A stretch of 64,000 nt of DNA from the human T2T-CHM13v2.0 reference genome, Homo sapiens. The notes under the pieces were generated by a model. The model did not search any database. It saw only the letters and a program-made list of their open reading frames with translations, and was not told where the DNA came from. Shown here piece by piece: positions 11,079 through 24,792 of this stretch. Each line of letters begins with the position of its first letter. Position 1 is the first letter of the stretch. The translations under genes and the position numbers were made by a program. The stretch lies in assembly GCF_009914755.1 (NCBI RefSeq), contig NC_060947.1; one strand, given 5' to 3'.

Positions 11079-12243
11079 AGAGGTTTGATTCACAGATCTG
11101 TAGGATATATAAGCATGGCACTGCTATCTGCTTGGCTTCTGAGGAGGCCCCTTCAGGGAGCTTGTACTTTTGGCAGAAAGCAAAGCAAGAGCAGGATGTC
11201 ACATGGCAAAAGCAGGGGCAAGGGGGTGGGGTAAGGTGCCACACACTTTTAGACAACCAGATCTCACAAGAACTCACTATTGCCAGAACAGCACCAAGCC
11301 ATGCAGGCTCCATCCCCATGACCCAAACACACCTCACCAGGCCCCACATCCCACATTGGGGATTACAATTCAACATGAGATATAGAGGGGACAACATCCA
11401 AACTATATCAGGCACCAATAGGAAACTAACACAGAACAGGTTTCTGAGTAGATCCAAGGCCATATTCCAGAAACAGTAAGAACTGTTTCTTGGTATTTCT
11501 GTTATTCAGAAATTTAATATGTGTATTGCTGAACCATTATATTTGACCATCTTCGGATAATCATTCATCCATGAAAATACACATCAATTTCTCCAGTGCT
11601 TCTCATTGACATACTTTTTGGATCATCTAGGTACCAGTCATTAAGAGTAACCTATACAAGGGGAGGTCCACTTAAGTGAAACTTACAGGGAGGGTAATGT
11701 CACTCAATATAAGGGAGAATTTTCTGTTAAAGCCATTCAAAAAGAGATTGGGCTGTATTTAGAGGTTTGTATGGCAGGATCTAAACAACTACTTGGTGGA
11801 GATGTTAAAGAGAACATTCATGCATTGGTTGAGTTGTTGGATAAGGACAGATTTTATTCTCGAATCCTAAGAACCCAAGAGGTTGTGAGGAAGAAGCATC
11901 ACTGAAGATTGGATGGGACTCTTGTGTATAGATGTGCAAATTATGCCTACACAAGGTCTCTAGCCAAGGCTGAAACCACCAATAGAATCTAGCTCACACT
12001 TTGTTTGCCAAGCTGTGCATTCTGGCTGTGGGGCTGCTGTGCCCTGAGGCAGGAGTAACCTTTGGCTAATTCATATAAAGGTATTATCTACTTGATAAGA
12101 TGTAGGCTTGAAGGGCTGCATTCACCCAAAGAAGACACTTTTTTTCTAATTTGCAGAAAGGTACTGCAGGGGCCAGCACAAACCATGGGACTAGGGCTAT
12201 AGGAGATGGTTTCTTGGAGTTGGTGAAGGCAAGACAAGGATAC

Positions 12244-13095
<852 letters not shown>

Positions 13096-13635
13096 AAGGG
13101 AAGGAGGTTATATTATTAATACTTTAATCCCAGTCTGGCTTCTCCAGTCCCTTAGCTCACTTCCAAATTGTGCTATTGGTGTCTGCTCCCAATTGATATA
13201 TTCTGATAGCATATCTAGTTGGGAAGAGAAAGTAGTACATGAATAAACTCCATATTTCAGAGCTAAATAAACATCTCCTTTGGGAGGTCACTGTACAAGT
13301 TGGCAGCAAATGGAGAAAGCAAGAACCTAAGTATTAGAGATCAAAGGGAGAGGATGTGTCCACTCAAGGCTCTCATAGAGAAGGCAGAGCATTTCTCTCT
13401 GATTTGTAAGGCTGGTCAACTACCCAAATGTGTAAGGATAGATAATGCCAGTGTCCTCAAAGGCACAGGAGATATACACAGGAACCTAGCTGAAGCAGTT
13501 TCTGTATTCGTAGCAGAGTCCCAGCTAGTCAGGACTGTTCTTGATGTTGCAGATACTCCAGGTAGCTAGATCTGTCTGGAGGCGACTTTGGAGCTGGACA
13601 ATATGCAGATCTGTGTCGTGTGTGTGTTCCTCCAG

Positions 13636-13773
13636 GTGTCCTTTGAGATGACCCATGAGACCCTGTACTTGGCAGTGAAGCTGGTGGATCTCTACCTAAT
13701 GAAGGCAGTATGCAAGAAGGATAAGTTACAACTCCTTGGTGCCACTGCCTTTATGATTGCAGCAAAATTTGAG
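13636..13773 (+). CDS. CCNB3: Cyclin B3 coding exon (cyclin box: VSFEMTHETLYLAVKLVD...LQLLGATAFMIAAKFE)
   Basis: cag|GTG...GAG|gtgagt, 138 nt, phase 0-0; cyclin N-box motif. Confidence 0.96.
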
Positions 13774-14139
13774 GTGAGTCTGAGTCCCTATGGCCTGGAG
13801 AACTAATCAAGTTTCTGTCCAACCCAGTGAATGAATATATATTCATATATATTCATTGTTATGTGCTGCATAACAATGTTTTGGTCAATGATGGACTGCT
13901 TATACTATGGTGGTCCCATAAGAGTATAATGGAGCTGGAAAAGTCCTATCACCTAGTGACATCTTATCTTTTGTAACATTGTAATGTTACAAAAGATAAC
14001 TCATATGGTGATGCTGGTGTAAACAAACCTATTGCACTGCAAGTCATAAAAGTATAGCACATACAATTACGTACAGTACATAATGCTTGATAATGATATA
14101 AACTGTTACTAGTTTATGTGTTCACTGTACTTTTAATTG

Positions 14140-14440
14140 TTTTATTATTATTTTATTAGAGACAAGGTCTCGCTCTGTTGCCCAGGCCGGAGTGCAATGA
14201 TGTGATCATAGCTCACCATAACCTCAAACTCCTGGGCTCAAGCAATCTTCCCACTACAGCCTCTCAAGTAGCTAGGACTATAGGCATGCACCACAGTGCC
14301 TGGCTAATTTCCAGAAATTTTTTTGTAGGGGTGGGGTCTCATGTTGCCCAGGCTGGTCTTGAACTCCCGACCTCAAGCAATCCTCCTGCCTTGGCCTCCC
14401 AAAGCACTGGGATTACAAGTGTGAGCCACTGTGCCTGACC
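14140..14440 (-). mobile_element. Alu (AluJ-like)
   Basis: Reverse Alu consensus with CTCCTGGGCTCAAGCAATC. Confidence 0.88.
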
Positions 14441-14680
14441 TGGTTTAGAGTATACTATTACTTATTTAAAAAAAATAAAGTTAACTGTAAAATAGCCTCA
14501 GGATGTCCTTCGGGAGGTTTTCCAGAAGAAGGCATTGTTGTAGGAGATGACAGCTCCATGCATATTATGACCCCTGAAGAACTTCCAATGGGACAAGATG
14601 TGGAGGTGGAAGACAGTGATATTAATGATCTTGACCCTTTCTAGGCCTAGGCTAATGTGTGTGTTTGTGTCTTCATTTTT

Positions 14681-14810
14681 TTTTATTTTATTATTATTAT
14701 TATACTTTAAGTTTTAGGGTACATGTGCACAATGTGCAGGTTTGTTACATATGTATACATGTGCCATGTTGGTGTACTGCACCCATTAACTCGTCATTTA
14801 GCATTAGGTA
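14681..14810 (-). mobile_element. 130-bp 5'-truncated L1PA 3' end
   Basis: TATACTTTAAGTTTTAGGGTACATGTGCAC...; perfect 15-bp TSD TGTGTCTTCATTTTT (14666-14680, 14811-14825). Confidence 0.9.
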
Positions 14811-14854
14811 TGTGTCTTCATTTTTAATAAAAAAGTTTAAAAAGTAAAAAGTAA

Positions 14855-15147
14855 AGCCGGGCATGGTATTTCAATGCCTGTAATCCCAGCACTTGGGGAG
14901 GCTAAGGCAAGAGGATTGCTTGAGCCCAAGAATTTAAGACCAGCTTGGGGAACAAAGTGAGACCCCATCTCTACAAAAAAATAAAGCAGATTAGCTGGGT
15001 ATTGTGGCACATACCTGTGGTCCCAGCTACATAGGATGCTGAGGCAGGAGGATCCCTTGAGCCCAGGAGGTTGAGGCTGTAGTGAGCTTTGTTCAAGCCA
15101 CTGTATTCCAGTCTGGGTGAGAGAACAAGACCCTGTCTCAAAAGAAA
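14855..15147 (+). mobile_element. Alu (AluJ-like)
   Basis: Dimeric Alu with GAGGATTGCTTGAGCCC motifs. Confidence 0.88.
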
Positions 15148-16429
15148 TTTTTTTTAAAGAAGAAAGCTTATTTAATAAGGATATAAAGAAAGCAAATATT
15201 TTTATACAGCTTTATACTGTGTTTGTGTTTTAAGCTGTTATTACAAAAGAGTCAAAGTTTTACAAAATAAAGTTACAGTAAGCTAAGGTTAATTTATTAT
15301 CGAAGAAAAAATATTTTTTATGAATTTAGTGTCGCCTAATTGTACAGGTACAGTGTTTATAAAGTCTATGGTAGTGTACAGGAATGTCCCAGGCCTTCCA
15401 TTCACTCACACACTGACTCACCCAGAGCAACTTCTACTCCCACAAGCTCCATTCATGTTAAGTGCCCAATACAAGTGTACTGGTTTTAAATCTTTTATGC
15501 TGTATTGTTACTGTACTTTTTCTGTTTAGATAGCCTAAACAAATACCATTGTTTTACAATTGCCTACAGAATTCAGTAGAGTCACATGTGCATAGGTGTG
15601 TAGCCTAGGAGCAATAGGCTATATACCATATAACCTGGGTGTGTAGGCTGTACCATCTAGGTTTTTGGAGGTACACTCTTATCTGTGATCTTCTCACAAT
15701 GATGAAAATGATGCATTTCTCTTAACATATCCCTCTTGTTAAGTGACACATAACTGTGTATACATACATTTATTTGTACATATATACACATGTGCATACA
15801 CATCAGTGTGTATATGTGTGTGCATACAGTTACATACATACAAATAATTTTTTTCTGCCGCATTTTTTGTCCCTCTTCCCAAAGCAGAGAAGCTGGTGTT
15901 GGTTGGCAATGGTGGTGTATTTGTTTCCTGGCATCAACAAGGTTCTTCCATTTTCTGTCTGAAGATGTATTATGTGGGCATCCAACTAATTAAATGGGCA
16001 GTTCTTTTTACAGCTTCCTTCTGCTCCATGATTCTCTGCCTCCACCATTTTCTTGTTCCACCAACTCCATCCCCATCTAGTGGAGTCTCAATCTGCTTAT
16101 ATAACAAAGCATTGCCTAACCAGGGTGCTGGAGACATTTAAGAGAAAATGGCGTGATGTTGATGGCAGTGAGTCTAAATGGTCCAGGTGAAATAGTAATT
16201 TGGGAAGTAGCAGTATAAAAGTGAGTAGCTGACCTTTTCTTCATGACCATAATCCATCTAACTAACCTCTCTGATTCCCCTTCCTTAGGTGCTAACTGAT
16301 CTTGTTCAACTTTCATTTTTCCTTCAGCTAGGCTAGTTGTAGGAAGCCTTAGGGTTTGGGAGCAGAGAGTTGGCAACTTTTACCAAGGATTTCAAAGAAC
16401 TTTAGAACTGTGGGTTTGTTTCTGTGTTG

Positions 16430-17005
16430 GCTCCCTCCCCAGCTCCTGCCTTCCTCTCCTCCCCAAACACATACTGGCTCTTACCCCCTCCCTCCCTCCC
16501 TGCCTCACTCTCTCCCTCCTTAACTTGCTCCCTTCCTCCCCTCCTTCTTTCCCTGTCACCTGCCCTTCAGTGATTGTTTTCCCTCACTCACCACCCCACT
16601 CTCCTTTGTTGCCCCTCACTCACCTGCTCACTTGAGCCCTCCCTCACTCTGTCCCTTCGTCCTGTGCCAGCTTGCTTGCTCCCTCCTCCCTTCCTCCTGC
16701 TTTTCCTCCCTTGCTCACTCCTTCCCTTGTTTCCTCTCTCCCTCCCTCACCTGCTGGCTCCCTCTTTCCTTCCCTCCTTGCTTCCTTCCCAGGCTCCCTC
16801 TCTCACTTGGTGGATAGATTCCTCTCTCCCTGGCTAGTCTACACCCTCCCTCCCTCGGTGGCTTGCTCTCTCCTTTCCTCTCTTTCCCTTGCTCCCTCAC
16901 CTGCTCTCTCCCTCCCTCACCTGCTTTCTTCCCTCCCAGGCTCTGTCCTTCCCTCCCAGGCTCCCTCTTTTTCTTCCTTGCCCACTCTCTCCCTTCCTTT
17001 TTTAC
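16430..17005. repeat. CT-rich low-complexity tract
   Basis: ~570 bp strongly pyrimidine-biased + strand with recurring CTCCCTCACCTGCT and CCCAGGCTC units. Confidence 0.85.
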
Positions 17006-18085
17006 TCTGGGTACTTCTTAGCAAATCCTGGGAGTTGGAGCACCCTTCCTCTGTTGGCCAGGACAGAGGGCCCCTACCAAGTCCATGGAGGAGGGGTGTC
17101 TTCCTCTCACAGGATTAAGAAGTACAGAAAGCCTTTTGTTTAGGGGAGGTGTGGAGATGGCATGAGGAGAGAAAGGAGACAGTAGCCATTGCACAGAGCA
17201 GCGGAAGAGAGAGGTTCCTGCCCTGGTGTTGCCACTAGCTTGCCGTGTGAACCTGAGCACATCACTTTTCTCTGAGCCTAGGTTTCCTTGTCTGCCAAAC
17301 CAAAGGGTTGGTCCTGTCTGTCATCCAAAAATAGGGGAAAGGTGGGGGAAGAAAGCTGTTGCGGGCAGTAAGCTGCAGGTAGGGAGAAGAATTAGGGGCC
17401 TTCCTGTGTCCTCATTGTTTCTCCAAACCAATGTTTGACCTCCAGAGGGCAGAGCCCTGGAAGGTGCTCCCTGGACAGAGGTTCTTCTCACCCTCAGCCT
17501 GGCCTGGCCCTTCCTTGTCTGACCTCTGGGTGCCTCCGCACACTCTGCCCACCACAGACTTTTGTCTCTGCTTAGGTTCCCTCTATGCCTGTCTGCCTCT
17601 CCACTTCTCTCACTGCCAGGTACCCTGTATTGCCCTCCTCAAACATCCTTACTCATTCCCTACACTAGGACACAAAATACAGGCTTATTTTCTATCTCTA
17701 GCTCCCATTTCTGTGGCTTCCTTCTGTCCCTCCCTCCAGAGAAGGCCTTAGATTTCAACATTCGTGGTTCTCAGAGGGCAGATGGCTGCTCCTAGGCCCT
17801 GTGCCCCCATTATGTTGCTTCTGGCACTGTAAGAATCCACCCCCAGGAGGTCCTATCCTCTATCTGGTGGTGGTGGTGGTACAGTTTTGGGGCAGGCCTC
17901 TCCTGTCCTTTCTTTGGTTTACTTTTTCTGATGAGCCACTCACATCAACCAGAAGCTGAGTCTCAGAGATACCCTGAAGATTTATGCCAGGAAATCCTTC
18001 ACCCTTCTCCCTGCTGACTTTTACCTCTAAGCAGAAAGGTTGGGTTGTCTGTCTGGTTGTCACCTCCTCTCCTCTCCACCCATAG

Positions 18086-18241
18086 GAGCACAACTCACCT
18101 CGTGTGGATGACTTTGTGTACATCTGTGATGATAATTATCAGCGATCTGAGGTACTCAGCATGGAAATCAACATCCTGAACGTCCTCAAATGTGACATTA
18201 ACATTCCCATCGCCTACCATTTTCTGCGCAGATATGCTAGG
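18086..18241 (+). CDS. CCNB3: Cyclin B3 coding exon (EHNSPRVDDFVYICDD...HFLRRYAR)
   Basis: tag|GAG...AGG|gtaaga, 156 nt. Confidence 0.96.
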
Positions 18242-19059
18242 GTAAGAGAGAAGAGACACATCTTCATTCTCCCACTGCTGAGTTAGTCTCCTTTATACCC
18301 AGAGTAGCTGCCTTGAGTGGTAGGAAAGGGGAAAGGGACAACAGGCAGCAGGGAGCTTTCTCCTTCCATCCAATCTCCTAGGTTAAAGCTTGGCAATCTT
18401 TATGAAATAGTGGGAGGTGGGTGGGGGTGAGTTGCAGATTTCCACAGTGTGCCTATAAGGTTTTGAAGTGAGGCCAGAGTTGGGGAGGAGAAACGTTTCT
18501 TTTATCAGGGAGAGACACATGGAAAACTTTGTGGGGGGATGCTGGCAATATTCTCATTCTTTGCCTGAGTATTGGTTACAAGGGAGGTCACTTTATAATT
18601 CATTGTATTGTGCAAATGAGTGCGATGTACTTTTCTCTTTGTGTGTGTGATAGGTTGTAATTTTTAAAAAATAAGTTTAAATAAGAAAAGGGAAAAGGTT
18701 GTTTTGAGGTATGGAACACCTTCTAGGGAGGACCAGGAACAGAGTCACGGTGGGAGGACTTTGGCTCTTTAAAGAATGACCCATATAGCAAGGGGGGATG
18801 TGGGCCAGTACCATACACACAGTTGGTAATTTGATTAAAATCCTAAAGGTGGCAAATCCCACTGACTGTTTCAGAATCCCCCCTAAAGAGTCTGTTTTTG
18901 TGGGTAGGGAAGATGAAGTGAGTTACGGTTGCAGGAGAAAGGCACATTACTCAAACAGAGGGCCACTGAGGCTCGGGATGATGTAACTGGAGAGGGAGTC
19001 CTCTGCTTGGTGCCAGTTTTCTAAATTGATTTCTGAGCCAGTCTTCTCATTGCCTTTAG

Positions 19060-19209
19060 TGTATCCACACCAACATGAAGACACTGACCTTGTCCCGCTA
19101 CATCTGCGAGATGACCCTGCAGGAATACCACTATGTCCAGGAGAAGGCTTCCAAGCTAGCTGCTGCCTCCTTACTCCTGGCCCTCTACATGAAGAAGCTC
19201 GGATACTGG
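19060..19209 (+). CDS. CCNB3: Cyclin B3 coding exon (CIHTNMKTLTLSRYICEMTLQEY...KKLGYW)
   Basis: tag|TGT...TGG|gtaaac, 150 nt; cyclin C-terminal fold. Confidence 0.95.
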
Positions 19210-20039
19210 GTAAACACTTGCGAGATAGGGGTATAGGGGTAGAGATTTAAAAAGCAGAAGGTCAGCTCATGGGGAAGGTGTAAATTAAGGCCACGGGAAA
19301 CTCTTGGGGACAAAACTGACACATATTCACCACTGTGAACTCTAACACCTGGACAACTTGGGGCAAGGGCTTCTACAGCAATGGTTTTGAATTATGCCAT
19401 TTTTCATAATCAAAGTACCCTTTGTTCCAAAGAAAGCTCACCTGAAAGCCCAATATTACATACCAGACTACTGTGAAGGTATTCTGGTTGTCATATGGGG
19501 TAGTGTGACCCTACTTCTTATCCCCAGCCCTGTTCCCCTCTTGCCTCTTGCAATCCCCTCAGCAAGACTGGCCCCTGAGGCAGCTTGTTGGAACAGGGTT
19601 TGAAAAGCACTGAGCCAGAGAAGAGTAGTGAAAGCAACTGTCTGTGTCTACAAAAGTGGCACTCAGGGGCATGACTATAGTGTTCTTCTCTGAAGAAGGC
19701 TCTCAAAGCCTCCTGCTCCAATACAAATAAAACTCATATTTGATGCTTTCTCAATTTTATGAAAAGTTGGGGGTAAAATCAACTTTAGATAATTTCGCAT
19801 TCTTACTAATGATATGTATAATATATAATCCAAGTAGCAGGAGTATGCTTGCAAATGCAGCCCCTCTGCTCAACCACTTCTGAGCTCCTCCTACCTAAAA
19901 ATCCTGGAGCCACTGAGGGAAGAACCTCTGTGGGCTGAGAAAGAACCACATAAAGTAGTTATGTGAACTTGGAGAAGCCATACTGAAATTTCTTGAAACA
20001 GAGAAAGCATTCAATAAATGATAGTGATGATGAAAAAGA

Positions 20040-21030
20040 ATAAATAATAATCATGACTGGCATTTATTGAGTGTTTAGACAGTGATCTAAGCACTTTGTG
20101 TATTAACTCATTTAATCTCCACAACAACCCCACATGATAGTACCGTTATCCCTGTTTTGCAGATAAGAAATAACTCCCATGTTTACACAGCTGATGAGAG
20201 GTGGAGCTAGGCTTTGGAAACTAGGAGTGGTGTTCACAATCCAAACCAACTGTGTAATCAGAATGGGCGTGGCCACAGCTCTGGAGCTGAGGGTCTGGAG
20301 GCCCCATGCTGAACCAGGCTTTGACCCTTGGATCCCATGGAAATCCAGTGGGCCGTGAGGGGGACAGCTGATGGGTTCAGGCAAGCAAACTGTGTGCCAA
20401 CTAAGATAGAAATATTTCAGTGTTTTCACACTTGGTGACTAAACCAGGGCATATCAGCTAAATGTCAGCCCGAATCTGAACTCAGGTAGTCTGACTCCAC
20501 AATCCTCTATGTTAGTATACTGCCTCTCCTATAGATAAGGAAGGCTTCACAGAAGAGGTGACTTTTGAGCTGGGTCTTGAAACGTATGCAGGAACTTGTG
20601 AGAGGAGACATTCTAGGTAGAGGGAGCAGTAATTAAAAAGACGTGAAGGCATTAAGGAGGGAGTGTGTTGTGTTTAGGGCAGAATAAGACATCCCCTATG
20701 GATAGAACAGAGAATATGGTAAAAGGAGAGGTGCTAATGATGTTAATAGTGACAGATGAGACCAGAATGGTAGATCATGGTCAGATTGTGAAAGAAAGGC
20801 TTTGTATACCACGCTGAGAGACCCACTTTACACTAAGGCATTGAAGGGTTTTTAGGCAGGGAGGTGACATGCTCCTGTTTGTGTATTTTAGAAACAGTAC
20901 TGGTATAGCAAAAGAGAAGGTAGAGTAAATGAGAGAGAATATAAAGGTGGGAACACCAGTGAGCAGGCTATTGTAACATAGTCAAGGTGAAGCATTTGAG
21001 GGTCTGAACTGACACAGTGGCACTGGGGCC
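20040..21030. mobile_element. Degenerate MIR and L2 fragments
   Basis: CATTTATTGAG...TTTAATCTCCACAACAACCC...TTTGCAGATAAGAAA (MIR); GACTTTTGAGCTGGGTCTTGAA and GAGGTGACATG (L2). Boundaries approximate. Confidence 0.6.
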
Positions 21031-21680
21031 TTTTAGTCTTATTTAACACATCCAGTCTACTCCATTACCCCCTTGTGTTACTCCCCTACTCAGCACGCCA
21101 ATGACGGCCCTTTGCCGGTGGTGGTGGTGGTTTCCAAACAGTATTTGGGGGAGCCCTGGGTTTCCTGCAGAATTCTCTCAGGGACCATGTAAAAGATAAA
21201 GGGATCCAAATTTGTGGGCTTCTTAGCTCACACCCCCACTTCCAGGTAAGCTATTTGGGCTTCCAGGTAAGACACTTGAAAAAGAGGAGTTCAAGGAAAA
21301 TAAGACATTTTGAGGAAACCACTGACTTATAAATCCTCTTCCTTTCTCTGTCTGTTGAGCTCCCCACTTAACCAACCATTGTGGACATGCTGTCCTCTGT
21401 GAAGCTTTCTGTGACTCTCCTGACAGAGTTCGTGGGTCCTGCTGCTGTGTTCCTCCAGTGTCCTATGCTCACTTCCATTATAGCACTTATCACACATTTT
21501 TTAACTCGCTGTTTGCACATCTGTCTCCTCTACTAGACTACAGACTCCTCAAGGGCAGGTCCCTCATTCATTTTTGTGTTCCCAGGATCCTACATATAGG
21601 GCTTGGTAATCCTAGTTAGCATTGTTTGGATACTTACTATGTTCCAGACTCTGTTCTATGTATGATACACACATACACAA

Positions 21681-21682
<2 letters not shown>

Positions 21683-21717
<35 letters not shown>
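21683..21717. repeat. (CA)~17 microsatellite
   Basis: Directly visible. Confidence 0.95.
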
Positions 21718-21718
<1 letters not shown>

Positions 21719-22130
21719 TTAACCCTATGATGGAATTACCGTAATAATCCCCATTTGGCAGATTGGGAAACTGAGGTCCCAAGAGGTTAATTAACTGGCT
21801 CAAGGCCAAGCTGTTAGGGGAACTGAAATTTGACCTGAAGCATTTTGCCTCCAGGACCTCTGCTCTTAAACACTGCTATACCGCTTCTGCCACATAATAG
21901 GCATTCTTAGCTGAGTGAGAAAATGAACCTGTGGAATGATAGCTGTTAGAGCCAGAGAGGAGGATCAGCCTTAAGTTCATGTTGGCTGTGGAGTTGGCAC
22001 CTAAACTTTGTTCTGGGGTTTACCTGGCCATTAGCTCTGGACCTGAGAGTGAGCAAATTACAAAATCAGTCCCGTTCCTTAGGACTGGTGAATTTCTGCT
22101 TACATGAACATCTGTGACCAGGGCTAATAT

Positions 22131-22432
<302 letters not shown>

Positions 22433-22674
22433 AAGAGCTAATATCTAACTGGTACGTATGGATATAGCCATCCCAGTAGTTTGTGGCTGGAATCTATTCT
22501 TCTATATAGCATAGTATAATTATTGATCAGCGTCCAGATGGTGTGAGTCTTTGAAATGTTTTGAATGTCATCTCTGTTTAAACCATGTGTGGGAAGCTTA
22601 GACTTGGGATAGCAGAGATGGAGGAACGGTGTGCTTCCTATAGTAGAAATCACTATTCATGCTGCTTCTTCCAG

Positions 22675-22805
22675 GTTCCCTTCCTGGAGCATTACAGTGG
22701 CTACAGTATCTCTGAGCTTCACCCCTTGGTCAGACAGCTGAACAAACTGCTGACTTTCAGTTCTTACGATAGTCTCAAGGCTGTGTATTACAAGTATTCT
22801 CACCC
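22675..22805 (+). CDS. CCNB3: Cyclin B3 coding exon (VPFLEHYSGY...YYKYSHP)
   Basis: cag|GTT...CC|gtaagt, 131 nt. Confidence 0.96.
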
Positions 22806-23040
22806 GTAAGTACTAAGCCCCGGATGAGGTTGGGTTTGTGTTCATTTATTGGGAGGCTTTAAAATACTAGACCGAGACTAGCCTCACTTAAGAGAAAAAG
22901 ATTCAGGCACTTTTCACCTTCCTTTCTACTCTAGGGTTAAAGCAAGATAGGAAACTAAGGGCTGTATGTCCCACTTGTTCCATAGAGCATGATTGTATTT
23001 GCCCTATTCTATGCTGAGGAGACCCCTCTTCCTTTTGCAG

Positions 23041-23137
23041 GGTCTTCTTTGAAGTCGCCAAAATCCCTGCCTTGGATATGTTGAAGCTGGAGGAGATTTT
23101 GAACTGTGATTGTGAGGCTCAGGGCCTGGTACTCTAG
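23041..23137 (+). CDS. CCNB3: Cyclin B3 last coding exon (VFFEVAKIPALDMLKLEEILNCDCEAQGLVL*)
   Basis: cag|G GTC...CTC TAG; phase matches the previous exon. Confidence 0.95.
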
Positions 23138-23320
23138 CAGCAGCCACAGGGCTAAGCATGCATGTTAACAGGGTATATTTATTCTATGTTCGAATTTGTC
23201 TTTTGATCGCTTTTATTCATTTTTCCTTTCTTTGTCTTTTCCCAAACTGATAATGTTATAAATATTTATGTTGCTTGTTTTTATGAAAGAAAAAATATTG
23301 TCATATTTGACTACAAATTT

Positions 23321-23326
23321 AATAAA
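23321..23326 (+). terminator. CCNB3: CCNB3 polyadenylation signal AATAAA
   Basis: First AATAAA after the stop codon (~185 nt), preceded by a U-rich UTR. Confidence 0.8.
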
Positions 23327-24792
23327 AAATTAATGGTTATTGTTAAAATGGCTCATTTCCCCTCTTATTGTTCAGGAGCCCCATGCACAGCTCAATAATT
23401 TTTTTTTTCTTCCTAGTCAAGGCTGGGCCCCAGAGCCTAGATTACCCAATTCCCTCCTCTGTTTAGAAGTCTTCTCCTCATGGGAAGAGGAATTGAGCTA
23501 ACCATGAACTGATAGATGGGTCTACAGAAGGAGGATTATGGTGCCCAGTCCAAGGAGAAAGCTCCTTACCTGACAGGTAGACCTCACTTTTCAGAGCTGG
23601 GCAGCTGGCAGTGTAGGCTAATACCTTTTGGTCTCAATCTCAGGTATTATGCTTTCTTTGCTTCTTCCTAGATGGTGAAAAGTTGGGGATCAGGATTTTA
23701 ATCCAAATGTAGCCTTGCTTTCAGTTAGGCAGCTTTTTAGAGTACAAATTTGAAAATACTCTTGGAGTGGTATGTGCTGAAATCATTTTTGGCCCTTGTC
23801 TTCTGCCAGGAGAAGAAATTCCTACCTTTGAAATTGGCAAGGTGTCCCATGAATGCAAGCATCAACCACTTGCCCAGTCTTTAATTCATATAGCATTAAG
23901 AGATTCTCCTTTCTTTTTCACTCTGCCCTACCTTTGGGGTGATGTGTACTGGGACAGTTACTTAAGTTGTTAATGGAGGAGTGGAACATCCAGTATGCCA
24001 GTTGTTCAAGAGCTACTGCCTCAGTCTCACCCCAGGACCTCCCCACAATCCAGCAAGTAATGTCTACCACAGCAGGAGACCTCTAGGACTCTATTCTAGT
24101 ATTGTAGCTGGCAATTATCCTGATTGGTCTGTGACCATTTGTTACCACTTGTCAAATATTTTGAATATCAGTCCTGGAGGGTGGACATTTGGTGGAGAGG
24201 ACAATCAAGGAAGCAGTTATGGGGAAAATGCCTCTTCAATTCTGTCCCAAGACTCTCCATGCTATTGTAATTACATCACCTTTTCTGATGGGTTAGAGAC
24301 AGATGGATGAGCATGCCAAGCCCTTAGGTGTCTCAGTGCTTTCCTTCCCTTCCAATCAGTTTCCCATTCTTCCTCCTGACTTGCTTTGCCTTGGAGACCA
24401 GACATCACTAGGTTTCCTCCTGCCCCATTCCACTGTATTGCAAGATGACTAAGGGGTACAGCCAGAGAGGTCCAAGCTACTCAGCAGTGGTTCTGCTGGC
24501 ACAGCCAACTTTGCATGAACATGCTAAAAGCATTAGGCTGGAAGCCATCTTGCAAATCTCCAGCCTTACTAAAAGGATGTGTCTTGTACCTGCTTTTGAA
24601 TTCTGGAGCTTTACATCAAGGGGAAAAAATTAACCAATTGAATTGTTTCCCCCTTTTTACCAACCCTGTTCTTTAAAGGTGCTAATGAAACCATCAGTCA
24701 TTTTTGTTGTTGATTTTGCAATGCCTCAACATTTATTTTGCACACACTCATCACTACTTCAAAATTAAGATAGCTGTTAGAACTGGAGCTTG

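Larger units (their letters stand above)
1..11410 (-). mobile_element. MaLR LTR retrotransposon (MSTB-like LTRs plus MST-int), interrupted by HERV-E, MER4A and FLAM insertions; left LTR truncated by window edge
   Basis: The same LTR end (GGGGACAACATCCAAACTATATCA) occurs at 30-53 and 11387-11410. Right LTR starts TGTGTTAG at 10453. Internal sequence 54-1429 joins 10155-10452 seamlessly across the provirus. The minus strand gives a typical MaLR internal peptide (MEATLELGNG). Confidence 0.85.
13854..15756 (+). mobile_element. Tigger3b/Golem-type DNA transposon interrupted by two Alus and an L1 stub
   Basis: Start ATGTGCTGCATAACAATGTTTTGGTCAATGATGGAC and end TGTTAAGTGACACATAACTG form degenerate terminal inverted repeats. 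Confidence 0.8.

Noticed and set aside
11510-11630. Possible extra CCNB3 exon (ttattcag|...ctag|gtacca)
   Set aside because: 121 nt breaks the frame in a phase-0 intron, the donor is weak and there is no cyclin similarity.
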